A program made the translations under genes and the position numbers. From Acidobacteriota bacterium (lineage in GTDB: Bacteria; Acidobacteriota; UBA6911; RPQK01; JAJDTT01): a stretch of 64,000 nt of DNA. Shown one piece after another: positions 41,090 to 51,161 of the stretch. Each line of letters begins with the position of its first letter. The stretch's first letter is position 1. Location: contig OZ242374.1 in the NCBI GenBank assembly GCA_965209055.1, positions 4,320,001-4,384,000 on the forward strand, given 5' to 3'. The notes under the pieces are model-generated. The model saw nothing but the letters and a program-made list of their open reading frames with translations. It was not told the DNA's origin and ran no database searches.

Positions 41090-41416
41090 ATGAAATTGAT
41101 CATGGCGATCGTACGCCCCAGCAAGGTGGAAGAGGTCAAGGATGCGCTGGGCAAGCTGAACGTTTCAGGCATGACGATCTCGGAAGTTCGCGGTCACGGA
41201 CGCCAGAAAGGACATACGGCGATCTACCGCGGCAAAGAATACAGTGTCACCCTCCTGCCCAAGATGAAAATGGAGATCGTCCTGGCGGACGATCTGGTGG
41301 AAGAAACCATCGAAACCATCATGGAAACGGCTCGCACGGGCGAAATCGGCGACGGCCGCGTCTTCGTGCTTCCCGTGGAAAGCCAGTACAACATCCGCAC
41401 CGGCGAGAACGACTGA
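41090..41416 (+). CDS. glnB: Nitrogen regulatory protein PII
   Basis: GHGRQKGHTAIYRGKEY (Tyr51 equivalent), TGEIGDGRVFV, IRTGE; glnB vs glnK not distinguishable. Confidence 0.92.
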   Translation: MKLIMAIVRPSKVEEVKDALGKLNVSGMTISEVRGHGRQKGHTAIYRGKEYSVTLLPKMKMEIVLADDLVEETIETIMETARTGEIGDGRVFVLPVESQYNIRTGEND

Positions 41417-41516
41417 TCCGCCTCTCACCGGCCCACCGAACCGGGTTCCCCACCACGGCGACGTGAGGGGCTCAACCTTCTGATCAGAGGCCTGCAGGCG
41501 GCTTGGACCTCTTTCA

Positions 41517-44500
41517 TCAACCGGCTTCGGCCGGCTGGCGGAGATAGGTCAGCAGCAGGTCCTTGGTATTCACCCGATCTCCCGCCTCCACCAGCAGGTC
41601 GTCGACCTCCGCTTCCCGGTCGGCATAGAGCGTGAGCTCCATCTTCATGGCCTGAAGCGTCAACAGCTTTTCTCCCTGCGCGACTTTCGCTCCGGTTCCC
41701 ACCGAGACGGAAATGACCATTCCGGGCATGGGCGCGCCGACGTGAAGCGGATTGCCCGGGTCTGCCTTGGCCCGTTTCGACACCTGGGGAATCACGGACT
41801 GATTGGGAATCTGCACCTCCCTCGGCACGCCGTTGAGTTCGAAAAAGACGGTGCAGTTTCCCTGGGTGTCCGGCTCCCCCACAGCCATCAGCTTGACAAT
41901 CAGCGTCTTGCCGGCCTCCAGCTCCACCAAGACCTCGGTTTCCCTCTCCATCCCGTAAAAAAATACGGGTGTAGGGAGCACCGAAACATCTCCGTACCGG
42001 GTTTGGTGACGAATGAACTCCTGAAACACCTGCGGGTACAGGATGTAGGAAATCGTGTCCCGCTCACTGAACTTGCGGCGAAGCCGCCCCTCGAGGTCCT
42101 CCTGCACGGCTTCCAGGTCGGCAGGAGGCAGCGACTCGCCCGGCCGGCCCCGGACGGGGCGCAGATCCCCCAGAATTCGATCTCTCAACCGGACGGGGAA
42201 ACCCCCTTTCGGCGTCCCCAGCCGGCCCTGGAAGAAATCGATCACCGACTCGGGAAAATCGATCTTCTTGGAGGGGTCGGTCAAGTCCTCGGGGGAGAGA
42301 TCATTGGTCAACATGAAGAGGGCAAGATCGCCGACCACCTTGGACGATGGGGTGACCTTGACGATATCCCCGAACAGTTCGTTCACCCGGGCGTAGGTTC
42401 GCCAGACCTCCGGCCAGTTCTCCTCCAGGCCCAAGGCCGCCGCCTGCTGATACAGGTTGGTGTATTGCCCGCCCGGCATCTCATGCTTGTAGACATCCGC
42501 CGTACCCGTCCGCAGCGTCGACTCGAAGGCGCAGTAATATTGCCGCACGACCTCCCAGTAATGAGCCGTTTCCTCGAGGCTCGCAGTGTCGAGACCGGGG
42601 TCCCGGGGAGCAAACCGCAACATTTCCGCCAGCGTGTTGAGACTGGGCTGAGAGGTGAGCCCGGCCAAGGGAGCCATGGCGGCATCCACGATGTCGGCGC
42701 CCGCCTCCACGGCCTTCAGGAGCGCTCCCATCTGGCCGCCGCTCGTATCGTGGGTATGAAAATGGATCGGTATGCCCACTTCGTTCTTCAGCGCCCGAAT
42801 CAACCGGTAGGCGGCGTAGGGCTTGCACAGTCCGGCCATGTCCTTGATGGCCAGTATATGGGCGCCCATGCGCTCCAACTCCCGGGCCAACTCCAGGTAG
42901 TAGTCCAGGGAGTACTTGCTCCGATCCGGATCCAGGATGTCGCCGGTGTAGCAGATGGCGGCCTCGGCCACGCCTCCACTCCGGACCACCGCGTCGATGG
43001 CGACCTGCATGTTGCGGGAATCGTTGAGTGAATCGAAGATTCGAAAGATGTCGATGCCCGACTCGGCGGCGTGCCGCACGAACTCCCGGACCACGTTGTC
43101 GGGATAGCTCGTGTAGCCCACGGCGGCCGAGGCTCGCAGCAACATCTGAAAGGGAATGTTGGGGATAGCCTGGCGCAGGCGGTCCAGGCGGTCCCAGGGG
43201 GACTCCCGCAAGAAACGCATGGCCGTGTCGAACGTGGCTCCGCCCCAGAGCTCGAGTGAGAAGAAGTCGCTGTGACAATGAGCGTAGACGTCCGCGATCC
43301 GGCTCATGTCATAGGTTCTCATTCGAGTGGCCAAGAGGGACTGGTGCGCATCCCGGAGGGTGGTGTCCGTAATGAGCACCTCGGAACGACCTCGAACCCA
43401 ATCGGCGAATTTCCGGGGTCCGTCCCTGACCAGCCGAAAACGATGGCCCTCGGGAATCTCTCCACCGGTCGGGCGCCAGGGAACCGGCGCCGGCCTGCGG
43501 TTGACCTTGCCGTGAAACTCCTTGACCACGAGAGTTTCATTCACCACCTGATTTCCCAGAAAGCGAAGCAGGCGGGTCGCCCGGTCCCGGCGAGCCGGGA
43601 AACGGAAGAGGTCCGGATTCTCGTCGATGAAACGAGTCGTGCAATTGCCGTTCCGAAACTCGGGATGGTCCACCAGGTTGATCAGAAAGGGGATGTTCGT
43701 CTTCACGCCGCGGATTCGGAATTCCTGCAGGCAACGCTCCATCCGGCGGACCGTTTCGGGGAACCGAAGGCCCCAGGCGGTGACCTTCACCAGGAGGGAA
43801 TCGTAGAAGGGGGTGACCGTGGCCCCGGAAAAGGCGGTCCCCGCATCCAGCCGGATTCCCGCCCCGGACGCCGACCGATAGTGGAGAATGCGTCCGTAGT
43901 CGGGGATGAACGAGTTCTCCGGATCCTCCGTCGTGACCCGGCACTGGCAGGCGTGGCCCCGGACCTGCACATCGGATTGACTGGCCAGTCCGATCTCGGG
44001 ATGTTCCAGCGCAAGCCCCTCGGCGATCAGAATCTGATGGTGCACCAGGTCGACGCCGGTCACCTCTTCCGTCACCGTGTGCTCGACCTGGATCCTGGGG
44101 TTGATTTCGATGAAATAGAACTGGTCCGTATCCTGGTCCACCAGGAACTCAACCGTTCCCGCGTTGTCATACCCGATGGCCCGGCCCAGAACCACCGCGG
44201 CGTCGCAGATCTCCCGTCTCAGGTCCGGCGCCAGATTGAGGGCGGGGGCCATCTCCACCAACTTCTGATGACGCCGCTGCAGGGAACAATCCCGCTCGTA
44301 GAGATGGACGAGATTGCCATGCCGGTCGCCCAGAATCTGCACTTCCAGATGCCGGGCCCGGGACACGAATCGCTCCAGAAAGATTTCTTCACGGCCGAAC
44401 GCGGACAGCGATTCACGCTGCGCCTCTTGAAACTGCGCTTCCAGATCCGCCTCCCGGGTCACGACACGCATGCCGCGCCCGCCGCCGCCGTGTGCCGCCT

Positions 44501-44993
44501 TGAGGATCACAGGAAAACCCATGGCGGAAGCCAGGCTCCTGGCCTCCTCCAGATCCGAGAGGGGCTCGTCGCTGCCCTGTAGTATGGGAACCCCCAATCG
44601 GGCCGCCAGCGCTCGAGCCGCCGTCTTGTCGCCCAACTGCTCCAGAATCTCGGGCCGGGGACCGACGAACAGAATCCCGGCATCCGCACAGGCCCGGGCG
44701 AACACCGGGTTCTCGGAGAGGAATCCGTAGCCGGGATGAATCGCGTCGACCCGCTTCTCCACGGCCAGCGCGATCACGTTCTTGACGTTGAGATAGGCCT
44801 GGATGGGATCCATCCCGGAGCCGATCAGGTAGGCTTCTTCCGCCTTGTACCGGTGCAGAGAAAACCGATCTTCTTCCGAATAGAGAGCAACCGTCCGGAT
44901 GCCCAATTCGTGTGCCGATCGAAAAACGCGAATCGCAATCTCACTGCGATTGGCGGCCAGCAGGCGTTTGATTCGTGACTGACGTAAGGACAT
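41517..44993 (-). CDS. pyc: Pyruvate carboxylase
   Basis: ANRSEIAIR biotin carboxylase, DTTLRDAHQSLLATR, WGGATFD, IKDMAGL, HFHTHD, AMKME biotin site. Confidence 0.97.
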   Translation of the reverse strand: MSLRQSRIKRLLAANRSEIAIRVFRSAHELGIRTVALYSEEDRFSLHRYKAEEAYLIGSGMDPIQAYLNVKNVIALAVEKRVDAIHPGYGFLSENPVFARACADAGILFVGPRPEILEQLGDKTAARALAARLGVPILQGSDEPLSDLEEARSLASAMGFPVILKAAHGGGGRGMRVVTREADLEAQFQEAQRESLSAFGREEIFLERFVSRARHLEVQILGDRHGNLVHLYERDCSLQRRHQKLVEMAPALNLAPDLRREICDAAVVLGRAIGYDNAGTVEFLVDQDTDQFYFIEINPRIQVEHTVTEEVTGVDLVHHQILIAEGLALEHPEIGLASQSDVQVRGHACQCRVTTEDPENSFIPDYGRILHYRSASGAGIRLDAGTAFSGATVTPFYDSLLVKVTAWGLRFPETVRRMERCLQEFRIRGVKTNIPFLINLVDHPEFRNGNCTTRFIDENPDLFRFPARRDRATRLLRFLGNQVVNETLVVKEFHGKVNRRPAPVPWRPTGGEIPEGHRFRLVRDGPRKFADWVRGRSEVLITDTTLRDAHQSLLATRMRTYDMSRIADVYAHCHSDFFSLELWGGATFDTAMRFLRESPWDRLDRLRQAIPNIPFQMLLRASAAVGYTSYPDNVVREFVRHAAESGIDIFRIFDSLNDSRNMQVAIDAVVRSGGVAEAAICYTGDILDPDRSKYSLDYYLELARELERMGAHILAIKDMAGLCKPYAAYRLIRALKNEVGIPIHFHTHDTSGGQMGALLKAVEAGADIVDAAMAPLAGLTSQPSLNTLAEMLRFAPRDPGLDTASLEETAHYWEVVRQYYCAFESTLRTGTADVYKHEMPGGQYTNLYQQAAALGLEENWPEVWRTYARVNELFGDIVKVTPSSKVVGDLALFMLTNDLSPEDLTDPSKKIDFPESVIDFFQGRLGTPKGGFPVRLRDRILGDLRPVRGRPGESLPPADLEAVQEDLEGRLRRKFSERDTISYILYPQVFQEFIRHQTRYGDVSVLPTPVFFYGMERETEVLVELEAGKTLIVKLMAVGEPDTQGNCTVFFELNGVPREVQIPNQSVIPQVSKRAKADPGNPLHVGAPMPGMVISVSVGTGAKVAQGEKLLTLQAMKMELTLYADREAEVDDLLVEAGDRVNTKDLLLTYLRQPAEAG

Positions 44994-44996
44994 GAG

Positions 44997-47957
44997 CTAG
45001 CTGGAAAAGAACTTCCGGTAGATTTGCCGGATCGCGGTGGTTTCGAACCGATAACGCTCCAAGAGCGAGTCCCCCGAGTCCAAACCCATGAGCCTGGCGG
45101 TGACCGCACACCGGGCCGGATCGCGGGGTAGTCTGGTCGCCGGACTTTCAGCCAACAGTCGCTGCAGAGCCTCAAGGTGGAAGAGGAATCCCGCGCCCCG
45201 GCTCAGGACTCGTCCCTCGTCAGCACCGAGATGACCCGCCTCGACGAGCCTGGAGATGCCGAACCGAGTCCCTCTTCCCTCGATCCCGTGTTGCAGCTGC
45301 AGATACTTTACCACGAACTGGATGTCCATCAGCCCCCCGCGGCCGACCTTGAAATCGTAGTCGACTCCATCTTTTTCCTTTCCCACCTCCCGCTCTTTGC
45401 GCCGGCGGACGTGGTCCAGATCCTGCACCTGATCCGGCGTGAACGGCCGGCCGTGCCAGATCAGGCACCTTGCGTCCAAGGGTTCTCCATGGCTGTAGAC
45501 CGGACGAAGACTGGCGTAAGCCATTCGTTCCCAGGGGTCGGCCCGGGTCGCGAAGTAGCGTTCAAGCGCCGGGAAGGGAATTGCCAATGCCCCGTGGCGG
45601 CCTTCGGGGCGCAATCGGAAATCCACCAGGTAGGCACGCCCCTGACCGGTGTAGTCCTCCATCTCCCGAATCAGTCTCCGGACCAGGCGTATGAAGAGGC
45701 TGGACAGATCCTGGTCCGGACGGAGGCCGTAAACCAGCAACAGATCCAGATCGGAGTGATACGTCATCTGCTGCTCTCCCAGCTTTCCCAGACCCAGGAG
45801 GCAGAAGGACTCGTCCCGGAGGGCGGGGAAGTCCTCGAGAATCTCCCCGATGACGTGACGGAGGCAGGTATCGGCCAAGTGGCTGAGGCGGAGCCTGGTC
45901 CCGGCGGTCCCCGGTTCCAACAGATCGTGCAGCGCCACCTTGAACTCCTCCCGGCGCTTGAAGATCCGCAACGCGTCCCCCCGGCTTTTGGCCCCTTTCG
46001 CCAGTTGCTCCAGCGATTGCCGCATGCCGGGCGCATCGTCCTCCAACGGTGGAACCCGGGAGACCGAATCCAGCAACTCCGGGTTGTGGATCAGGGTCTC
46101 GGACAAGAACTCGCTGGTCGCCAATACGGTCAGAAGGGTCTTCCGGAAAACCCGGTTCTCAATGAGTTCGGAATACAGATCGGCACGAGCATGGAGCGAC
46201 TCGCTGAAGCGGTCCAGCCGTGTGAACAGGTGGGAGGCTTTCGAGGCCAGGCCGAGGTAGTCGATCAGGTGAGGCACCAGGTTGGCCAGCAGATTCCGCA
46301 TCCGGCTGGGCGAATGAGGAAAAGAGGGGGCCTTCTCCAGAACGGCGATGCCCTCCAGGACTTCCCCGTCGCGGATCCCGTTGGCTCGGAGAATCTCCAA
46401 CGCCTCCTCGCGGCTCATATCCGGATTGAGCACCAGCCGTTCCAGACCCCGCTGAGTCGGATCCTGCCCGAACAACGACTCGAAGATTCGCTGGACCTGG
46501 TCCTTCCTTCGCTCCAACTCTTCCTGGAACGCATCGGTCTCGGGCTCGGCCGCCGGACCGCCCGGTACGGCGCCGAATCCCAAGCGCCGGGCCAGGCGCA
46601 ACAACTTGCCCGGATCCCGGGGAAGACGGTGGGTCTGCAGGTCATGGACGAGTTGCAGCTTGTGCTCGACGTCGCGCAAAAACAGGTAGCTGCCGCGCAG
46701 CCTCCGATGGTCGCCGGCGGAGATGAGTCCGCCGTCCACCAAGCGGTCCAGGGCGTCCAGGGTGTTGGGGGTTCTGATCTCCGGCCGGGACCCGCCGTAG
46801 AGAAGTTGGAAGGCCTGGGCGAAGAACTCGATTTCCCGAATCCCGCCCCGGCCCAACTTGACGTCCCAACTCTCGCTCCCCGCCTGCTCCGTCTGCCGCT
46901 CCGCCCGCCGCTTGAGCCACCGCACCTCCTCGATGGCGGCGAAATCCAGATATCGTTTGTAGACGAATTCTTCCTGAACGATTCCCACCAGTTGGGCGCC
47001 CAGGCCGGCGCTTCCCGCCACCTGCCTGCACTTGATCAGCGCCAAGCGGTCGGGTGTGTCCCCCCAGGTCTGGTAGTAGGAGCGGTAGGCGTCCAGCGAA
47101 TACACGATCTCCCCGGATCTGCCCATGGGCCGCAACCGGAGGTCGACCCGGTAGAGCCTGCCCTCCGTCGTAATGGCGGACAAGGCCCGGGTCAAATCAC
47201 GGGCGAAGCGGGCCGTGCGTCCAAAATCGGTCCCGTCGCCACGGACGTACAGGAGATCGACGTCGGAGCTGAAATTCAACTCTTCTCCGCCCAGCTTCCC
47301 CAGGGCCAGAACCGAAAAATCGGATTTCGAGTCCAGCCCCGCCGGCGCCAGAAGGTCGAAGGTCCGCTGGAGCACGGCGTCGGCGAGATGGGACACTTGA
47401 CGGGCCGTCTCGTCCGGCGTGCAGAAACCCAGAATATCTTGTGCCGCGATGCGGAGAGTCTCCCGCCGGCGAAGCCGCCGCAGGTTTTCGAGCGCCGTCT
47501 CCGGACTCTCCGGCGGACCCGCCGCCCGGGCCTGTGCAAGGAAGCCGTCTCTGCCTGGGATCGATGCGAGCCGGTTCTCTTCCAGGAGCCAATCGACGTA
47601 TTCGGGACTCCGCAGCAGGAGTTGGGCCAGGTAGGCCGAGGCCCCCAAAACCCCGGACAAGGTTCTCAGCGCACGCGGCCGTTGACTCAGCAGGTCAAGA
47701 AATGCGCCGGGACTGGACGCCGATTCGATCAGCGTTGCCAAGTGGAGGATGGCGGCGTCCGGGTCCGCGGCCCGCAGCGCCTCCCGAAACAGATTTTCGG
47801 CGAATTCGGGCAATTCGGGGCGATGGCGGCACAGACCGCGGATCACCCGAAGACTCTGAGCCACTCTGGAGGGCTTTCGAAAGCCGGACCGGGCCAGAAT
47901 CCGGCTGGCCTCCTCGTCGGACAAGCGGGAGGACAGGAACAATTCCCGGGCGCGCAT
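44997..47957 (-). CDS. glnE: Bifunctional glutamine synthetase adenylyltransferase/adenylyl-removing enzyme
   Basis: Two nucleotidyltransferase domains LGKLGGEELNFSSDVDL and LGKLGEQQMTYHSDLDL; DLRLRP/DFRLRP; KLGRGGIREIEF. Confidence 0.93.
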   Translation of the reverse strand: MRARELFLSSRLSDEEASRILARSGFRKPSRVAQSLRVIRGLCRHRPELPEFAENLFREALRAADPDAAILHLATLIESASSPGAFLDLLSQRPRALRTLSGVLGASAYLAQLLLRSPEYVDWLLEENRLASIPGRDGFLAQARAAGPPESPETALENLRRLRRRETLRIAAQDILGFCTPDETARQVSHLADAVLQRTFDLLAPAGLDSKSDFSVLALGKLGGEELNFSSDVDLLYVRGDGTDFGRTARFARDLTRALSAITTEGRLYRVDLRLRPMGRSGEIVYSLDAYRSYYQTWGDTPDRLALIKCRQVAGSAGLGAQLVGIVQEEFVYKRYLDFAAIEEVRWLKRRAERQTEQAGSESWDVKLGRGGIREIEFFAQAFQLLYGGSRPEIRTPNTLDALDRLVDGGLISAGDHRRLRGSYLFLRDVEHKLQLVHDLQTHRLPRDPGKLLRLARRLGFGAVPGGPAAEPETDAFQEELERRKDQVQRIFESLFGQDPTQRGLERLVLNPDMSREEALEILRANGIRDGEVLEGIAVLEKAPSFPHSPSRMRNLLANLVPHLIDYLGLASKASHLFTRLDRFSESLHARADLYSELIENRVFRKTLLTVLATSEFLSETLIHNPELLDSVSRVPPLEDDAPGMRQSLEQLAKGAKSRGDALRIFKRREEFKVALHDLLEPGTAGTRLRLSHLADTCLRHVIGEILEDFPALRDESFCLLGLGKLGEQQMTYHSDLDLLLVYGLRPDQDLSSLFIRLVRRLIREMEDYTGQGRAYLVDFRLRPEGRHGALAIPFPALERYFATRADPWERMAYASLRPVYSHGEPLDARCLIWHGRPFTPDQVQDLDHVRRRKEREVGKEKDGVDYDFKVGRGGLMDIQFVVKYLQLQHGIEGRGTRFGISRLVEAGHLGADEGRVLSRGAGFLFHLEALQRLLAESPATRLPRDPARCAVTARLMGLDSGDSLLERYRFETTAIRQIYRKFFSS

Positions 47958-48072
47958 TTCAGGCGATCCAGCAGCCCGCGGCAAAAGCGGTCAAGAAAGT
48001 CGGCCGGTTCGGGCACTACGGGAGACTCTCACCATGGACTCCCGCCGTGGACCGGGAAACTCGATTCGGGTA

Positions 48073-48108
48073 TGGACGGGGCGTTCGGATTGTCGAACGC
48101 CCCGTCCA
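48073..48108. other. Perfect 15-bp hairpin between glnA and glnE
   Basis: TGGACGGGGCGTTCG-gattgt-CGAACGCCCCGTCCA; no U-tract. Confidence 0.6.
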
Positions 48109-48145
48109 CGGGAAGGCCGCCTATTGAGCCGCAGGGCGGGGAAGA

Positions 48146-49561
48146 TCAAATGTCGAAGTAGAGAGCGAACTCGTAGGGATGCGGTCTCAGGCGCATGGCG
48201 TCGACTTCACGCTCCCGCTTGTAGTTCAACCAGGTCTCGATCACATCCGGAGTGAAGACGTCTCCCTTGAGCAGAAAGTCATGGTCGCCCTCCAAGGCGT
48301 CCAAGGCCTGATCCAGACTCCCCGGAACCGACTCCACGTCGGCCATCTCCTCCGGAGGGAGGTCGTAGAGGTCCTTGTCCATGGGATCGGGCGGCATGAT
48401 CTTGTTCTGAATCCCGTCCAGACCGGCCATGAGCATGGCCGCGAATGCCAGGTAGCCGTTGGCCGAAGGATCGGGAGGACGGAACTCGACCCGCTTGGCC
48501 TTCTCGCTGCTGGAGTAGGTGGGGATTCGGACGCAGGCGCTGCGGTTGCGCATCGAATAGATGAGATTGACCGGCGCTTCGTAGCCGGGGACCAGCCGCC
48601 GGTAGGAATTGGTGGTGGGAGCACCGAAGGCCAGAACGGCGGCGGCGTGCTTGAGGAGTCCGCCGATGTAGTAGACGGCCTCCTGACTCAGATCGGCATA
48701 GGTCCCGGGGCCATAGAAGACGTTCCGGCCATTCTTCCAGAGGCTCTGATGGACGTGCATCCCGGAGCCGTTGTCCATGAATATGGGCTTGGGCATCAGG
48801 GTGACCGTCTTGTCGTAACGGCGCGCCACGTTCTTAATAATATACTTGAACTTCAGCATCTTATCTCCCATGTTTACCAGGGAATCAAAGCGCATGTCGA
48901 TCTCGCATTGGCCGGCCGTCGCCACTTCGTGATGGTGGACCTCCACCTGGATGCCGGCATCCTGGAGGGCAAGCATCATCTCCGTCCTCATGTCCTGCAG
49001 CGTATCCATGGGAGGAACCGGAAAGTAGCCTTCCTTGTATCGAGGCTTGTATCCCAGGTTGGGGTTTTCCTCCCGCCCGCTGTTCCAGAAACCCTCCACC
49101 GAATCGACGTAGTAGTAGCCGTGATTGTACGACTGGTCGAACCGGACATCGTCCAGCACGAAGAACTCCGGCTCGGGTCCGAAATAGGCGGTGTCGCCGA
49201 TACCGGTCGACACCAGGTATTTCTCGGCTTTCTGAGTGATGTAGCGGGGGTCCCGGCTGTAAGGCTCCTGGGTGATGGGATCGGCGATGTTGCAGATCAG
49301 GATCAGGGTCCTGACCTTGGAGAAGGGGTCCTCGAAGCAGGTGCTCGGATCGGGGATCAGGATCATGTCGCTTTCCTGAATCTGCTGAAAGCCCCGAATG
49401 CTCGACCCGTCGAAACCGAACCCTTCCACGAAACTGTCCTCGTCCAGATCGCCGGCGCTGATGGTAAAGTGCTGCCACAGTCCCGGAAGGTCGCAGAACC
49501 GCAGATCCACGGCCTGAATCTGCTGATCTCGAATCAGATTAATCACTTCTCTGGCATCCAT
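48146..49561 (-). CDS. glnA: Type I-beta glutamine synthetase (second copy, linked to glnE)
   Basis: [38 protein letters not shown] adenylylation site; AGGAGG RBS before ATG 49561. Confidence 0.97.
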   Translation of the reverse strand: MDAREVINLIRDQQIQAVDLRFCDLPGLWQHFTISAGDLDEDSFVEGFGFDGSSIRGFQQIQESDMILIPDPSTCFEDPFSKVRTLILICNIADPITQEPYSRDPRYITQKAEKYLVSTGIGDTAYFGPEPEFFVLDDVRFDQSYNHGYYYVDSVEGFWNSGREENPNLGYKPRYKEGYFPVPPMDTLQDMRTEMMLALQDAGIQVEVHHHEVATAGQCEIDMRFDSLVNMGDKMLKFKYIIKNVARRYDKTVTLMPKPIFMDNGSGMHVHQSLWKNGRNVFYGPGTYADLSQEAVYYIGGLLKHAAAVLAFGAPTTNSYRRLVPGYEAPVNLIYSMRNRSACVRIPTYSSSEKAKRVEFRPPDPSANGYLAFAAMLMAGLDGIQNKIMPPDPMDKDLYDLPPEEMADVESVPGSLDQALDALEGDHDFLLKGDVFTPDVIETWLNYKREREVDAMRLRPHPYEFALYFDI

Positions 49562-49748
49562 AAGCGAGGTTCCTCCTAATGCTGGTTCTAGAATTGTTCG
49601 CGTAACAGTCCGTGGTAAAAGTGGTAAATGACCCGCTTGGGGGCATGGTACAACGGCATGCGTCCTCCCGAAAGGCCCTCGCCCGGATTTGCCGGGCAAC
49701 CACCGGTCCGGCAGCGAACGGCTGGTTCTGCCGTTCAGGACGCCGCGG

Positions 49749-50327
49749 TTACCGGCCCGGGTCCACCGGCGTCTCCATGAAGAAGTAGGAGACCAGGTGG
49801 AGAATCAGGAAATGGGCTTCCTCGATGTGCCCCATGTGGGACGAATCGACGCGGATGACGTGGCGCGCGCATTGGGAGAGTTTCCCTCCGGATCTTCCCG
49901 TAATGCCGACGGTGGCGATTCCGTTGCGGTTGGCCCAGCCGACGGCGTTGATCACGTTGGGGGAATTTCCGCTGCCGCTGAAGGCCAATAGCAGATCTCC
50001 GCTGCGGCCGTAGTTTCTGAGCTGCTCGACGAAGACCTGGTCGTAGTCGTAGTCGTTGGCCACCGCCGAGATCCAGGGAATGTTGTCGGTGAGAGAGAGG
50101 ACCCGGAACCGCGGACTCCGGCCATAGGACGCCCCCTTTCCCAGGTCGTTGGCCAGATGAGAGGCAGAGGCCGCGCTGCCACCGTTCCCGCAGACGAATA
50201 TCTGACGCCCGTTCCTCCGGGCCGATTCCAATCGGCTCGCCAGGTCCGCGACCAGATCTTCCGGAACCCCTTCCAGCACTCGCAGGGAGTTTTTCTTGTA
50301 GGCCGCGACGTAGCTCTTGATATCCAC
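49749..50327 (-). CDS. SIS-domain protein, GmhA/DiaA-like
   Basis: [33 protein letters not shown]; GTG start with GAGGGAG RBS. Confidence 0.85.
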   Translation of the reverse strand: MDIKSYVAAYKKNSLRVLEGVPEDLVADLASRLESARRNGRQIFVCGNGGSAASASHLANDLGKGASYGRSPRFRVLSLTDNIPWISAVANDYDYDQVFVEQLRNYGRSGDLLLAFSGSGNSPNVINAVGWANRNGIATVGITGRSGGKLSQCARHVIRVDSSHMGHIEEAHFLILHLVSYFFMETPVDPGR

Positions 50328-50667
50328 CGGAAACTCTCCCTCGTCCAGGCACCGACTATTCGATTGCACGCCAGAGCGTATCTCCCGGATCGGCTCTCCC
50401 GCAAGCTCGCGCCGGCCCGGGCGTTCCGGGCGCCGCCTGACGGGGAAGGCGGCCCGTCCTGCCCGGAACCATCCCCGGAAACCACCGCGCCAACCCCCTC
50501 CGTTCCCAATTCCAGAACGTCGCATAATGAATATTATGTTAACTACCGGGGTTCGTGCCCAAACCGGAACGGAGATCGGGAAAGGATGTAATTCGCTTTA
50601 TTTTAGAGGTATTTAGGGAATTTTACCCAACAAGAGTCTAAACCCGGGGGGGGGCGACGCGTGGACG

Positions 50668-51153
50668 CTACATCTTGTATTTGCCCATTTCTTCCGGGTT
50701 CAGATTCTCCAGCCACTTGCGCACTTCTTCCGGATCCAGGTTTTCCTTGTCGAGAGTGATGTTGCGGCTGTTGTTGATGACGTCTTCCGTGACGAAGATG
50801 GGGGAGTCGGTGCGGAGGGCCAAGGCGATGGCGTCGCTGGGACGGCTGTCGATGGCGATGGGTTCCCCATTGAGCTTGAGATGAATCAATGCGTAGAAGG
50901 TGTTGTCCTTGAGCTCCGTGACGACGACCTTGTAGATCTCGGCATCCAGGTGCATGAGGATGTTCTTGATCAGATCGTGGGTCATGGGACGCGGCGTGTC
51001 GATCCGCTCCACCTGGAGCGCGATGGCGTTGGCCTCGAAAATCCCCACCCAGATCGGAAGCAGCGTGTTCCTCTTTACGTCCTGGAGAATGATGATCGGA
51101 GAATTGGTGATGGGATCCATCATCAGCCCGCGAATCTTGAATTCTCGCTCCAT
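50668..51153 (-). CDS. Bifunctional nuclease family (DUF151) protein
   Basis: LPIWVGIFEANAIA, PRPMTHDL, DSRPSDAIALA. Confidence 0.92.
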   Translation of the reverse strand: MEREFKIRGLMMDPITNSPIIILQDVKRNTLLPIWVGIFEANAIALQVERIDTPRPMTHDLIKNILMHLDAEIYKVVVTELKDNTFYALIHLKLNGEPIAIDSRPSDAIALALRTDSPIFVTEDVINNSRNITLDKENLDPEEVRKWLENLNPEEMGKYKM

Positions 51154-51161
51154 GTGGACTC

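Noticed and set aside
45177-48161. 994-aa + strand ORF antisense to glnE
   Set aside because: No recognisable motifs; typical antisense shadow ORF of a GC-rich gene with a clear minus-strand product
49562-49699. N-terminal extensions in the ORF track (also for accA, guaA, ssb, recN, SIS, first LRR gene, spacer glnA)
   Set aside because: Downstream starts match family N-termini and often have RBS motifs; the extensions are low-information sequence
50555-50563. GGGCACG on the minus strand as a sigma54 promoter for the SIS-glnA genes
   Set aside because: The -12 position is GG rather than GC, so the consensus is not met
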